A DNA stretch of 64,000 nt. Source: an uncultured Oscillospiraceae bacterium. Lineage in GTDB: Bacteria; Bacillota; Clostridia; Oscillospirales; Acutalibacteraceae. This document shows, piece after piece, positions 27,762 to 37,198 of this stretch. Below the pieces are notes generated by a model, which searched no databases, had not been told where the DNA came from, and saw only the letters and a list, made by a program, of their open reading frames with translations. The first letter of the stretch is position 1, and the number at the start of each line of letters is the position of its first letter. The stretch lies in NCBI GenBank assembly GCA_900554335.1, contig USGT01000007.1, positions 15,235-79,234 on the forward strand. The letters are read 5' to 3'. Made by a program: the position numbers and the translations under genes.

Positions 27762-28769
27762 TTACCTCCAAAGTTTTTCTTGTTTGTTATATCCCATATG
27801 ATTATATGCCGCTTCGGTCACGCATCTTCCTCGAGGAGTGCGGTTTAAAAAACCTATTTGCATCAAAAACGGCTCGTAAACATCTTCGATCGTTATGGCT
27901 TCTTCGCCGATTGCAGCCGCCAAAGTTTCAAGGCCTATCGGCCCGCCGCCATAAAGCCTGATTATCGTGTCAAGGATTCTTCTGTCGTTCCAGTCAAGCC
28001 CCAAAGCATCAATTCCAAGCCTGTCAAGGGCTTCTTTCGCAGCGCTGTGAGTTATCTTCCCGCCGTTCATAACGAGCGCAAAGTCACGCACCCTTTTCAA
28101 AAGCCTGTTTGCAATTCTCGGCGTGCCTCTTGAGCGCGAGGCTATTTCCAAAATGCCGTCGTCTTCGTATTTCGCTTTTAAAATCGAAGCGCTTCTTTTG
28201 ACTATCGAAGCGAGCTCGCTGTTATTATACATTTCAAGCCGCAAAACCACCCCGAAACGGTCGCGCAGTGGGGCACTTAGCTGCCCTGCACGAGTTGTTG
28301 CACCTATCAAAGTGAATTTCGGGAGCTGAAGATGATATGAAGTTGCCATTTGGCCTTTGCCGGTTACTATGTCAATTGCGAAGTCTTCCATTGCCGGGTA
28401 AAGAATCTCTTCAACGTGCCGTGAAAGCCTGTGAATTTCGTCAATGAAAAGGACATCCCCCGGCGAAAGGTTGGTAAGAAGCGAAGCAAGATCTCCCGGC
28501 CTTTCGATTGCAGGGCCTGAAGTTATTTTGATGTTCACGCCAAGCTCATTTGCTATTATCATTGAAAGAGTCGTTTTGCCCAGGCCAGGAGGGCCATAAA
28601 GCAAAACATGGTCAAGGGGCTCACCGCGCATTTTCGCCGCTTCTATGAAAATTTTGAGATTTTCTTTGATTTTATCTTGCCCAACGTATTCTTCAAGAGC
28701 CTTCGGCCTTAGGCTAACGTCTTCTTCGTTTGAAATTTCGCTGGGGTCTAAAATTCTTTCTTCTTCCAT
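27762..28769 (-). CDS. ruvB: Holliday junction DNA helicase RuvB
   Basis: Walker [10 protein letters not shown], Walker B FIDEIHR and the winged-helix C-terminus. Confidence 0.95.
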   Translation of the reverse strand: MEEERILDPSEISNEEDVSLRPKALEEYVGQDKIKENLKIFIEAAKMRGEPLDHVLLYGPPGLGKTTLSMIIANELGVNIKITSGPAIERPGDLASLLTNLSPGDVLFIDEIHRLSRHVEEILYPAMEDFAIDIVTGKGQMATSYHLQLPKFTLIGATTRAGQLSAPLRDRFGVVLRLEMYNNSELASIVKRSASILKAKYEDDGILEIASRSRGTPRIANRLLKRVRDFALVMNGGKITHSAAKEALDRLGIDALGLDWNDRRILDTIIRLYGGGPIGLETLAAAIGEEAITIEDVYEPFLMQIGFLNRTPRGRCVTEAAYNHMGYNKQEKLWR

Positions 28770-28774
28770 TTAAA

Positions 28775-29380
28775 TCAGCCTCCTTTTCCAATGTTTTTAA
28801 GCGTCATGCTTATCATTTCGTCAACCGAAAGATTCTGGCTAAGGTTTGCAAGCCACGGCGTTATTTCGGGCTTTGAAAATCCTAAAGACATCAAAGCGTT
28901 TAAAGCCTTGGCTTTGTTGCCTGCCGTTGTTGAAGATGGCATCTCGGCTATGCTTTCGGTTTCTTCTGAAGAGTTTATTTTTGAAAATTTATCTTTAAGC
29001 TCCAAAATTATTCTCTTTGCAGTTTTCGCGCCAATTCCCGGTGCAGAAGTCAAAGCTTTGCTGTCTGCGTTTGAAATTATTCCCGCAAGTTCGCTTGAAG
29101 GGAAGCACGAAAGTATCCCGAGCGAAGCTTTTGGCCCAACGCCTGAAACCGAAATCAAAAGTTTGAAGTGTTCAAGCTCGGTTTCGCTTGAAAAACCAAA
29201 AAGCTCAACGCTGTCTTGGTGCACATTTAAATATGTATAAACCGTTACTTCTTCAGTTTTTTCCCTCAAAGCAGCCTGCGTGAACAAAGAACACATGCAT
29301 TTGTATCCAACGCCGCCGCACTGAACAACCAGAAAATTGTCTTTGGCAAGCATTATTTTGCCCGTTAAACTGTATATCAC
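28775..29380 (-). CDS. ruvA: Holliday junction DNA helicase RuvA
   Basis: The sequence IYSLTGKIM…LVVQCGGVGY and HhH motifs fit RuvA. GTG start chosen manually. The track ATG at 29491 would overlap ruvC by ~100 nt. Confidence 0.8.
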   Translation of the reverse strand: MIYSLTGKIMLAKDNFLVVQCGGVGYKCMCSLFTQAALREKTEEVTVYTYLNVHQDSVELFGFSSETELEHFKLLISVSGVGPKASLGILSCFPSSELAGIISNADSKALTSAPGIGAKTAKRIILELKDKFSKINSSEETESIAEMPSSTTAGNKAKALNALMSLGFSKPEITPWLANLSQNLSVDEMISMTLKNIGKGG

Positions 29381-29387
29381 TTTACTG

Positions 29388-29906
29388 TCACACTCCTGTG
29401 AATTTATTTTTCGAAATAAGCCCCGCAACGTAGTGCCTTCCAAGAGACTGCACGTGGCAAATGCCTGCTGCCAAGGCATCAGCGGTATCATCCGGTTTGG
29501 GGACTTCTTTTAAATTAAGAAGCCTTGTAACCATGAGCATAACCTGAGGCTTCAAAGCTCTGCCGTAGCCTGTGAGGGCGCTTTTTATTTGAAGCGGTGT
29601 GTATTCAAAAATAGGAATGCCACACTTTTTCGCCGCAAGAAGCGTAACTCCTCTGGCTTGAGCAACATCTATTGCAGTTTTGTGGTTATTTTGGAAATAA
29701 AGCTTTTCAATTGAAATAGCATCAGGGTTATATATCTTTATTATTTCGGTTATTCTATCGTATATTTTTTCAAGCCTTAAAAGAAAATCATCTTTTGAAT
29801 CAGTCAGCACTGCACCGTAATCTTTCGCAGTGAATTTACTGTTTTTGTATTCTATTACTCCCCAGCCAACGATCGCATAGCCTGGGTCAATGCCTAATAT
29901 GAGCAC
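29388..29906 (-). CDS. ruvC: crossover junction endodeoxyribonuclease RuvC
   Basis: N-terminus MLILGIDPG and RNase H-like fold motifs. Confidence 0.95.
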   Translation of the reverse strand: MLILGIDPGYAIVGWGVIEYKNSKFTAKDYGAVLTDSKDDFLLRLEKIYDRITEIIKIYNPDAISIEKLYFQNNHKTAIDVAQARGVTLLAAKKCGIPIFEYTPLQIKSALTGYGRALKPQVMLMVTRLLNLKEVPKPDDTADALAAGICHVQSLGRHYVAGLISKNKFTGV

Positions 29907-30014
29907 TTAATTCACCTCTCCGGGCTTAATTATATCATTTATTTAAATGAAGATAAAGAACATTAACAAAAAAGCTTTAAGGGCCATAGTATAACAAAGA
30001 GGGGAGTGATAAAA

Positions 30015-30431
30015 ATGAAGACAACAAACAATTTGAGCAGTTGCAGACCTTGTTGCAGCACAGCTGGGATTTTACTCGGTATTATTTCGGGTATAATAGT
30101 AGCAATCCTTTTCTCATTAGGACTTACACCTCTGATTTTAAATGGAATATGGGTTGCTTTTAGCATCGGAGCTGCGGCGCTAGTTTATGTTGCAGTTTTG
30201 GCGGCTGTGGGTGGTTGCAGTTCTTGCAGCGCTTTAAGAGGAAGCCTTATTAAAAATTTAAGATGTTTACTAGCCGGCATATTCGGCACCATTTTAACCT
30301 CAATCGTGCTTGTGTCGGTCGCACTTGAAATATCTTCAATCATAATTTCAGTTTTGGTTGGAATTTTAACATTTTTCTTAATATTTCTTGTAGCGTCTCT
30401 TATTTCTTTTCTAAAATCTTTAGTCTATTAA
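30015..30431 (+). CDS. small Cys-rich multi-pass membrane protein
   Basis: GAGGGGAG RBS. About 4 TM segments and Cys clusters (SSCRPCCS, GGCSSCSALRG). Confidence 0.5.
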   Translation: MKTTNNLSSCRPCCSTAGILLGIISGIIVAILFSLGLTPLILNGIWVAFSIGAAALVYVAVLAAVGGCSSCSALRGSLIKNLRCLLAGIFGTILTSIVLVSVALEISSIIISVLVGILTFFLIFLVASLISFLKSLVY

Positions 30432-30562
30432 CATCATAAAGTTAGCCCGGTGGTATAATAATATCATCGGGCTTATTCTTCTTAATTTGTAATTTATAAT
30501 TAATTTTTTCAAGTTTAAATCTGTTTATAATATATAAAACCCAGAAATTTAATTTTCGAGTT

Positions 30563-30615
30563 GACATTTTGCCCGAATGAATTTTATAATCTAAATAATG
30601 TGATATCTTATCACA
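30563..30615 (+). promoter_or_regulatory. consensus sigma-A promoter (TTGACA-spacer-TATAAT) with perfect palindrome TGTGATA-tct-TATCACA just downstream
   Basis: Exact hexamers. A 7-bp perfect inverted repeat overlaps the transcription start region, upstream of the Spo0A_C-domain gene. Confidence 0.6.
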
Positions 30616-30651
30616 GTGATTTTAAATTACATTCACATCGGAGGATCAAAA

Positions 30652-31044
30652 ATGGACGAAACAATACGAAGAAGCAAAGACATAATTTACAACGGTAATG
30701 ATGAAACACTGCTAAAAAGAATAGAAGTGACCAAAAAAGTTTTAAGGGAAATTGGCATACCTGCTAATTTCATTGGGTATAAATATATCGGTGAGGCAAT
30801 TCTTTACATGTTGCAAAATAAAGAAGTAAATTTCGTTAGTGAAATATATCGCAAAATTGCTGCATACCACCGCACTTCGCCAAATTCAGTCGAAGTTTCG
30901 ATTAATAACGCAATTAAAAGAGCACTTGAAATTTCTGAAGAAAACGTCAGAAAAATTTTGAAGATTTCAAGTTCAGTCAAACTCACTAACTCTGTCTTTT
31001 TAAACACAGCAAAAGAAATAATTTATGAAAAAGTGATTAAATAA
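30652..31044 (+). CDS. standalone Spo0A C-terminal (DNA-binding) domain protein
   Basis: Matches Spo0A_C: EIGIPANFIGYKYIGEAI ~ GVPAHIKGY.YLREAI. Also …YHRTSPNSVEVSINNAIKRA… ~ …TTASRVERAIRHAIE…, and …SVKLTNSVFL… ~ …KPTNSEFIA…. GGAGGA RBS and no receiver domain. Confidence 0.65.
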   Translation: MDETIRRSKDIIYNGNDETLLKRIEVTKKVLREIGIPANFIGYKYIGEAILYMLQNKEVNFVSEIYRKIAAYHRTSPNSVEVSINNAIKRALEISEENVRKILKISSSVKLTNSVFLNTAKEIIYEKVIK

Positions 31045-31065
31045 ACGCAAATTAAAAGCCGGTTA

Positions 31066-32004
31066 CTAATCGTAATCGGCATTAGTGCTTTCACTTGAAA
31101 GTTTGCAAATTATAAGCTCAGGGTCGTTAAGGAATCTAAACGGTAATTTACTTTTTCCAAGCCCGCGGCTTATAATCATTTTTGTGTTTTCGAAAGTATG
31201 CAAACCCGAGGTGTATTTCGGGAAAAAGCCCTGCCCAGGAGACATAAGCGGGCCTATAAACGGCAACCTTATTTGCCCTCCGTGAGCGTGCCCGGTGAAA
31301 ACTAGATCATATTTATATTTGGCGTAAATTTCTATATACTGCGGCTGGTGAGTTAACAACACATTGAATTCAGAATCATCTAACTTTATTTTATCAAGGC
31401 AGCGTTTAATTATGTTTTCCTCAATCATTATAACTTCTTCAATTGTTATGATCTTTTTTCCGCTGTTTTTTATGTATTCATCTACATAGTCGTCAAAATA
31501 CATTTCTAGGTCGTTAATTCCTGCTAAATTTATGTGCTTTCCTTTGAAATTAAGCTTAGTTGAAGTTTCATCCAGCAAAGTCACGCCAGAATTGGCAAGG
31601 CTTTCTCTGATTTTTTTCAAATTTTCTTTTCCAACTTGATTTTCGTGGTTCCCCGTAACAAAATAAACCGGGGCAATTTTGACAATATTATTTACAAATT
31701 CAGTCACGTCGCTTATTTCTTTTTCTATGTCTTTGCTGCGTTTGTAAATTAAATCACCTGTAATAACTATTACATTCGGCTTATTTTGCTCAATTCTTTT
31801 TATGAGCCGGGCTTGGTTTTTGCCAAATTTGGTGTTATGTAAATCCGAAACTTGAACTATTGTGTAACCATTAAATTCTTCAGGGATTTTAGGGCTTTTT
31901 ACTTCAAATGTAGTGCTGCAAATGTGGTGGTTTCCAATGTAAAGCACAGCCCAGAAAAGCCACACGATAAATACCAGGATAACAATAGAATTTTTCAATT
32001 TCAT
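31066..32004 (-). CDS. membrane-anchored metallophosphoesterase (calcineurin-like)
   Basis: N-terminal TM helix. Motifs DLH, GDL, GNHE and GHAHG. Confidence 0.8.
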   Translation of the reverse strand: MKLKNSIVILVFIVWLFWAVLYIGNHHICSTTFEVKSPKIPEEFNGYTIVQVSDLHNTKFGKNQARLIKRIEQNKPNVIVITGDLIYKRSKDIEKEISDVTEFVNNIVKIAPVYFVTGNHENQVGKENLKKIRESLANSGVTLLDETSTKLNFKGKHINLAGINDLEMYFDDYVDEYIKNSGKKIITIEEVIMIEENIIKRCLDKIKLDDSEFNVLLTHQPQYIEIYAKYKYDLVFTGHAHGGQIRLPFIGPLMSPGQGFFPKYTSGLHTFENTKMIISRGLGKSKLPFRFLNDPELIICKLSSESTNADYD

Positions 32005-32106
32005 TTTTTCAAATCCTCTTAAAATAAATTTTTTATATTCATATTACATCATTTTAAAAAAAATTGCATTAAAATAAAAAGAGCTCCCGGCAAGTGGCCG
32101 AGAGTT

Positions 32107-32913
32107 TTAGTTTTCTTTGTCAAGAATTAAAAGCGGGTCGATGAATTTGCCTTCTTTATTAATAGCAAGGTGAAGGTGGCTTTGGCCTTCGGCTGCTTCG
32201 CAAGGCACTTCGTCTATTTTGCCTATTTCATCGCCATTTTTAAGTTTAGCGCCCTTTTTAACCGGTACATTTTTTTCAAGGCCTGAATAATATGCAGTGA
32301 ATCCACCGTCATGAGACATAACCACGGTTGTTCCATAAGATGGATCTTCATAAACGTCTGCAACAACGCCTGAAGTTATGGATTTAACAGCGCTTCCTTT
32401 TTCAGCTTTGAAGTCTGTTCCTTCGTGTGACCGCCAATCACAAAAAGTTTTGCTGTAAACTGGTGTGTCACCGCTGAATTCTTTTGTCACAGTGCTGTCG
32501 GTTGGGTAAGAAACTTCCGGTTTTTCTTCGGGTCTTTCGTTTTCTGCCCAAACTGCTTTGACTTTTTCTTCGCCGGCGTCTGATTCTTTTTCTGCTGGGG
32601 CATCAGCGGGTTTTGCTGCTTCTTTCTCAGGTTTTTTCTCAAAAGGAATAGCCTGCTTTTTTTCGAAGCTGTCGTTTTCGTTTAAAATTTCGTTTTTAAC
32701 GGTCGATTGCTTCATTGGTGGGTTATTTTTCGGTTTTGAAATTCTTGGGCTATTGCTTTTTTGAGGAGTAACAAATTCTTTAACCGTTTTATAAGTCGAC
32801 CAACCTGCCGCTGAAACCGCTGCAAGACACACGAGCAAAGCAACGTAAAACTTTGAATGTCTTTCGGGTTTTTCTTCGAATTGCTCTTGAATGTTTCCGT
32901 TTTTAATTTTCAT
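32107..32913 (-). CDS. M23 family metallopeptidase, membrane-anchored (LytM/SpoIIQ-like)
   Basis: N-terminal TM helix. M23 motifs HEGTD (HxxxD) and HLHLAI (HxH). A terminator hairpin lies downstream. Confidence 0.8.
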   Translation of the reverse strand: MKIKNGNIQEQFEEKPERHSKFYVALLVCLAAVSAAGWSTYKTVKEFVTPQKSNSPRISKPKNNPPMKQSTVKNEILNENDSFEKKQAIPFEKKPEKEAAKPADAPAEKESDAGEEKVKAVWAENERPEEKPEVSYPTDSTVTKEFSGDTPVYSKTFCDWRSHEGTDFKAEKGSAVKSITSGVVADVYEDPSYGTTVVMSHDGGFTAYYSGLEKNVPVKKGAKLKNGDEIGKIDEVPCEAAEGQSHLHLAINKEGKFIDPLLILDKEN

Positions 32914-33043
32914 CTCTTAGCACCTCCAATTTTATTATTGTCATGCATTTACTTTTATATACAGATAAAATTTAAATAAAAATGGTAATTTACTTATATA
33001 ATGTGTATAATGATTAATATCATTTAGGAAAGGAAAAAATAAA

Positions 33044-33625
33044 ATGAGTTTAAAAGACGAATTTATAGATATATTTGAAAGCAACATAACGAGAGAAGGC
33101 TCGAAAAAGCTTTTGGAATGGCTTAAAACCACTGATTTTTTCACTGCTCCAGCAAGCACAAGATACCACTGTGCGTGCGAAGGCGGCCTTTTGATGCACA
33201 GCATTAATGTTTATAACGTTATGATGAAACATTTTGAAGAAACGAAAGACAGCAAAGAAAGTTTTGCAATCGTTTCACTTTTGCATGATATTTGCAAGAT
33301 TCAATATTATAAAATTTCGCAGAGAAATGTTAAAAACGAAGCTACCGGAACTTGGGAAAAGGTCCCTTTTTACAGCGTTGAAGATGCTTTTCCTTTCGGC
33401 CATGGTGAGAAGTCTGTGTTTTTAATAGAAAGATTCATGAGGCTAAAACCAGCCGAAGCTATGGCTATAAGGTGGCACATGGGCGGGTTTGACGAAGCAG
33501 TAAAAGGCGGCAGTTATGCAATAAGCCTGGCTTATGATAAATTCCCAATAGCCGTGAAGCTTCACATTGCAGACCTTGAAGCAACTTACCTCCATGAAAA
33601 AGGTACATCAGAAGTTGCAAAATAA
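33044..33625 (+). CDS. HD-domain phosphohydrolase
   Basis: H…HD motif (LLHDICK) and the HD superfamily profile. Confidence 0.75.
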   Translation: MSLKDEFIDIFESNITREGSKKLLEWLKTTDFFTAPASTRYHCACEGGLLMHSINVYNVMMKHFEETKDSKESFAIVSLLHDICKIQYYKISQRNVKNEATGTWEKVPFYSVEDAFPFGHGEKSVFLIERFMRLKPAEAMAIRWHMGGFDEAVKGGSYAISLAYDKFPIAVKLHIADLEATYLHEKGTSEVAK

Positions 33626-33664
33626 AATAATTTAACCGAATTTTTCGAAAGGAAGTGACTTACT

Positions 33665-34876
33665 ATTAAAATTTTAGTTCTTAATTCAGGAAGTTCCTCG
33701 CTTAAATATCAGCTCATAGACATGAAAGATGAAAAAATTCTTTGCAAGGGCAAATTTGCCGAAATAGGCCAAAATGACACCGAATTTCACCACAAAACAT
33801 TTGAAAATAAAAAAATTTACGAAGATTTCCATGATGTGAAAAACCACGACGATGCTTTTAATCATTTGAAAGAGATTTTAACGAGCAAAGAAAGCGGCGT
33901 TATAAAAAGCATGGATGAAATCGCCGCAATTGGCCACAGAGTGGTTCACGGAGGGGAATATTTCACGGGGCCTGTGATTATTAACGACGAAGTGATTAAA
34001 AAAATCGAGTCGCTCATTCCTCTTGCGCCGCTTCACAACAAAGCAAGCATTTCAGGCATAAAATCCTGCACGAAAATGTTCGGGAATAAAATTCCTCAAG
34101 TTGCAGTTTTCGACACTTCTTATTACTCGAATATTCCTGACTACGCTTTTGTTTACCCGATCCCTTATGAATATTATGAAAAGTGCGGAATCAGAAAATA
34201 TGGTTTCCACGGCACTTCGCATGAATTCGTGAGCAATGCTGTGGCAAAAATTTTAAATAAAAACATAAACGACCTGAAAATCATAAGCTGCCATCTTGGA
34301 AACGGCTCTTCGATAACTGCTATAAAAAACGGCAAAGCAATCGACACAAGCATGGGTTTAACGCCTCTTGGCGGAATCATGATGGGCACTCGCTCTGGTT
34401 CGATGGACCCTTCGGTGATTATAAAAATGGCTGAGGAAAAGTCGCTTTCTTTAGAAGAAATCGGGAATATTCTCAATAAAGAATCCGGGCTTAAGGGCGT
34501 TTCGGGCGTTGGAAGCGACGACAGAGATATTTTAAGAGCTGAAAATAACGGCAACAAAAGAGCGAAGCTTGCGCATGAAATGATGATTTACAAAATAACT
34601 AAGTATATTGGCGGATATATAGCTATTCTTGGCGGTTGCGACGCAATTATATTCACCGGAGGAATTGGCGAGCATCAATGGATGCACCGCGAAAAAATTT
34701 GCAAGCATTTTAAGTTTATGGGCCTTGAGCTTGACGACGAAAAAAATAAAAACGCAAAACTCGGCAAAGAAGAAATTATTTCTAAAAATGATTCTAAAAT
34801 TAAAGTTTTTGTAATTCCAACGAATGAAGAGCTGGCAATTGCAAGGTTTACGCTTGAACTTATAAGTAACAAATAG
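33665..34876 (+). CDS. ackA: acetate kinase (apparent ATT start)
   Basis: The conserved N-terminus (M)KILVLNSGSSSLKYQL begins at an ATT codon 9 nt after GGAAG. An in-frame TGA lies at 33656 and the first ATG (33722) comes after the ATP-binding motif. The rest matches AckA (GHRVVHGGE, LAPLHN, FDT, GFHGTSH). Confidence 0.85.
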   Translation: MKILVLNSGSSSLKYQLIDMKDEKILCKGKFAEIGQNDTEFHHKTFENKKIYEDFHDVKNHDDAFNHLKEILTSKESGVIKSMDEIAAIGHRVVHGGEYFTGPVIINDEVIKKIESLIPLAPLHNKASISGIKSCTKMFGNKIPQVAVFDTSYYSNIPDYAFVYPIPYEYYEKCGIRKYGFHGTSHEFVSNAVAKILNKNINDLKIISCHLGNGSSITAIKNGKAIDTSMGLTPLGGIMMGTRSGSMDPSVIIKMAEEKSLSLEEIGNILNKESGLKGVSGVGSDDRDILRAENNGNKRAKLAHEMMIYKITKYIGGYIAILGGCDAIIFTGGIGEHQWMHREKICKHFKFMGLELDDEKNKNAKLGKEEIISKNDSKIKVFVIPTNEELAIARFTLELISNK

Positions 34877-34893
34877 ATAGGAGGCAATTTGGT

Positions 34894-35862
34894 TTGAGCA
34901 TTAAAAATATTGGCATTCTTACAAGCGGCGGAGACGCACCCGGAATGAACGCTGCGATTCGCTCCGTGACTCGTTTGGCGATTGAAAACGGCGTGACAGT
35001 ATGGGGGATTATGCGCGGTTTCACGGGGCTTAGAAACGGCGACATGATAGAAATGAACCTAAGGACGGTTTCGGATGTTCTTCACAGAGGCGGAACAATT
35101 TTGTATAGTTCCCGCGATGAAAAATTCAAAACCGAAGAGGGAACTCAGGAAGCAGTTAAAAGCTGCAAATTACATAATTTAGATGCAGTTGTGGTCATTG
35201 GCGGAAACGGAAGCCTCAAAGGGGCAAAGGCGCTTAGCGACAATGGCATAAGAAGCATTTTTATTCCCGCAACTATTGACAACGACATTGCCTGCACGGA
35301 TTATTCAATCGGCTACGACACTGCGATGAATACAGGCGTTGAGATGGTAGATAAATTAAGAGATACTGCTAGATCACACGAAAAGTGTAGCGTAGTTGAA
35401 GTTATGGGAAGAAAATGTGGTGACATAGCTCTTAACATAGGAATGGCCGTGGGAGCCACTGCGATTTTAATTCCTGAAGTTAAATATGATTTCAAAAGAG
35501 ATGTAATCGACAAAATTAAATATACTCAAAATTTGGGCAGAAGGCATTTCATAGTAGTTGTTGCAGAAGGATGCGAAAAAACTATGGAAATTTCAAACAA
35601 AATAACTGAAGGCACAGGAATTGAATCCAGGTGCACGATTTTGGGCCATGTTCAGCGCGGAGGTTCGCCAACGCTTAGAGACAGAGTTTTAGCAGGAATA
35701 ATGGGATCACACGCAGTGAAAACAATTTTTAATAGTTCCGGAAGCAAAGCAATTTCAAGTAAATGCGACAGAATTATAGACTATAGTATTGATGAAGCTT
35801 TAAAAATAAAAAAGCATTTCGATATTAATCTTTATGAAGAAGCTTTAAAGATTTCTATCTAG
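34894..35862 (+). CDS. pfkA: ATP-dependent 6-phosphofructokinase
   Basis: Motifs GGDAPGMNAAIR, GGNGS and PATIDND. TTG start after AGGAGG. Confidence 0.95.
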   Translation: MSIKNIGILTSGGDAPGMNAAIRSVTRLAIENGVTVWGIMRGFTGLRNGDMIEMNLRTVSDVLHRGGTILYSSRDEKFKTEEGTQEAVKSCKLHNLDAVVVIGGNGSLKGAKALSDNGIRSIFIPATIDNDIACTDYSIGYDTAMNTGVEMVDKLRDTARSHEKCSVVEVMGRKCGDIALNIGMAVGATAILIPEVKYDFKRDVIDKIKYTQNLGRRHFIVVVAEGCEKTMEISNKITEGTGIESRCTILGHVQRGGSPTLRDRVLAGIMGSHAVKTIFNSSGSKAISSKCDRIIDYSIDEALKIKKHFDINLYEEALKISI

Positions 35863-35991
35863 CTAATAGTAAACTTTCCTGGATATATCTACATCGGTTT
35901 ATTTGGGCAGTAAAACTATAATACCCAAAATTAAGATTATTCTGAACTATACAAAATGAATATTTTGTATAGGTGGAGAGATAAAAAAATA

Positions 35992-36528
35992 ATGAAGAAA
36001 AATAAAGTCTCTTTAATCGTCTATAATTCAATGTTCTCAGTAATGTCGTTAATACTTGTTTTTATAAGCAACTTTAGTTTGTTTCCTGTGTTTCCTTATT
36101 TAAAAGCCGACATCTCCGACATGCCGGTTTACCTCGCTGCAATCTTTTCCGGCGCTTACTCTGGCGTTAGCGTTTTGCTCACTGTTTCTATAATAAGAGC
36201 TTTGCTTTTCAGTTCTTCGGGCTGGATTGGCGCTATAATGCGTTTGGCTTCTGTTTTTCTCATCATTGCAATTGGCGCTTCAAGGCGCAAACCTTTGCCT
36301 GCTAAGATTATTATTCTTTCTCTTGGCGTTATTCTTAGTGTTATTTTCAAGCTTATGCTTAACTATTTTTGCTGGCTTAATTTCTTTTCAATCCCTGAAA
36401 TTACCATCAAATCAATGCTCTACTCAGTCGTTCTGCCTTATAATTTAATTAAAACCGTGCTTAGTTTGAGCTTAGCGCTGCTTTTAAATTCGAAATTAAA
36501 AAAATACATAAAAAAGGAAGTTTGTTAA
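35992..36528 (+). CDS. small multi-TM membrane protein, possibly ECF-transporter S component
   Basis: About 5-6 TM helices, ~180 aa, GGTGGAG RBS. Substrate unknown. Confidence 0.45.
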   Translation: MKKNKVSLIVYNSMFSVMSLILVFISNFSLFPVFPYLKADISDMPVYLAAIFSGAYSGVSVLLTVSIIRALLFSSSGWIGAIMRLASVFLIIAIGASRRKPLPAKIIILSLGVILSVIFKLMLNYFCWLNFFSIPEITIKSMLYSVVLPYNLIKTVLSLSLALLLNSKLKKYIKKEVC

Positions 36529-36533
36529 TTATC

Positions 36534-37181
36534 ATGATTAAAGTTTCACCCTCGATGCTCGCCTGCGATTTTTCTAAAATGGGTTTAGAAATTGAAAAAA
36601 TATCTAATTGTGGCGCTGATTTAGTCCATATGGACGTAATGGATGGCCATTTTGTTCCAAATATTTCGTTTGGCCCGGCGGTTATAAAATCAATGAGAAA
36701 TAAATCAAATTTGCCGTTTGACGCTCATTTAATGATTTCAAAACCTTATGATTACATTGAAAAATTCGCAAATGCCGGCGCGGATATCATCACGTTTCAC
36801 TTGGAATCGCAAAGCGATATTATCAAAACAATTGAAAAAATTAAAAGTTTTGGCATAAAAGCTGGCCTTGCAATCAACCCTGAAACTGATATCACTTCCC
36901 TACTTCCCTATCTTGAATTAATAGATTTAGCCTTGGTTATGACGGTTCACCCGGGTTTTGGTGGGCAGAAATTTATGGCAAAACAAATGAAAAAAGTGGA
37001 AATATTAAAAAAAAATATTACAAATAAAAAATTAAGTTGCCTCATAGAGATTGATGGAGGGGTTAATTTGGAGACAATCGGCACAATTAAAAATTACCCG
37101 GTTGATATCGTAGTTTCGGGAACGTGCATTTTTAATTCTCAAGATGCCACTCAGGCTATAAAGCTCCTTAAGGCTTTATAA
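36534..37181 (+). CDS. rpe: ribulose-phosphate 3-epimerase
   Basis: The motifs SPSMLACDF, HMDVMDGHFVPN and GGV fit Rpe. Confidence 0.9.
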   Translation: MIKVSPSMLACDFSKMGLEIEKISNCGADLVHMDVMDGHFVPNISFGPAVIKSMRNKSNLPFDAHLMISKPYDYIEKFANAGADIITFHLESQSDIIKTIEKIKSFGIKAGLAINPETDITSLLPYLELIDLALVMTVHPGFGGQKFMAKQMKKVEILKKNITNKKLSCLIEIDGGVNLETIGTIKNYPVDIVVSGTCIFNSQDATQAIKLLKAL

Positions 37182-37198
37182 AAAACCAGTCGTGAGGG

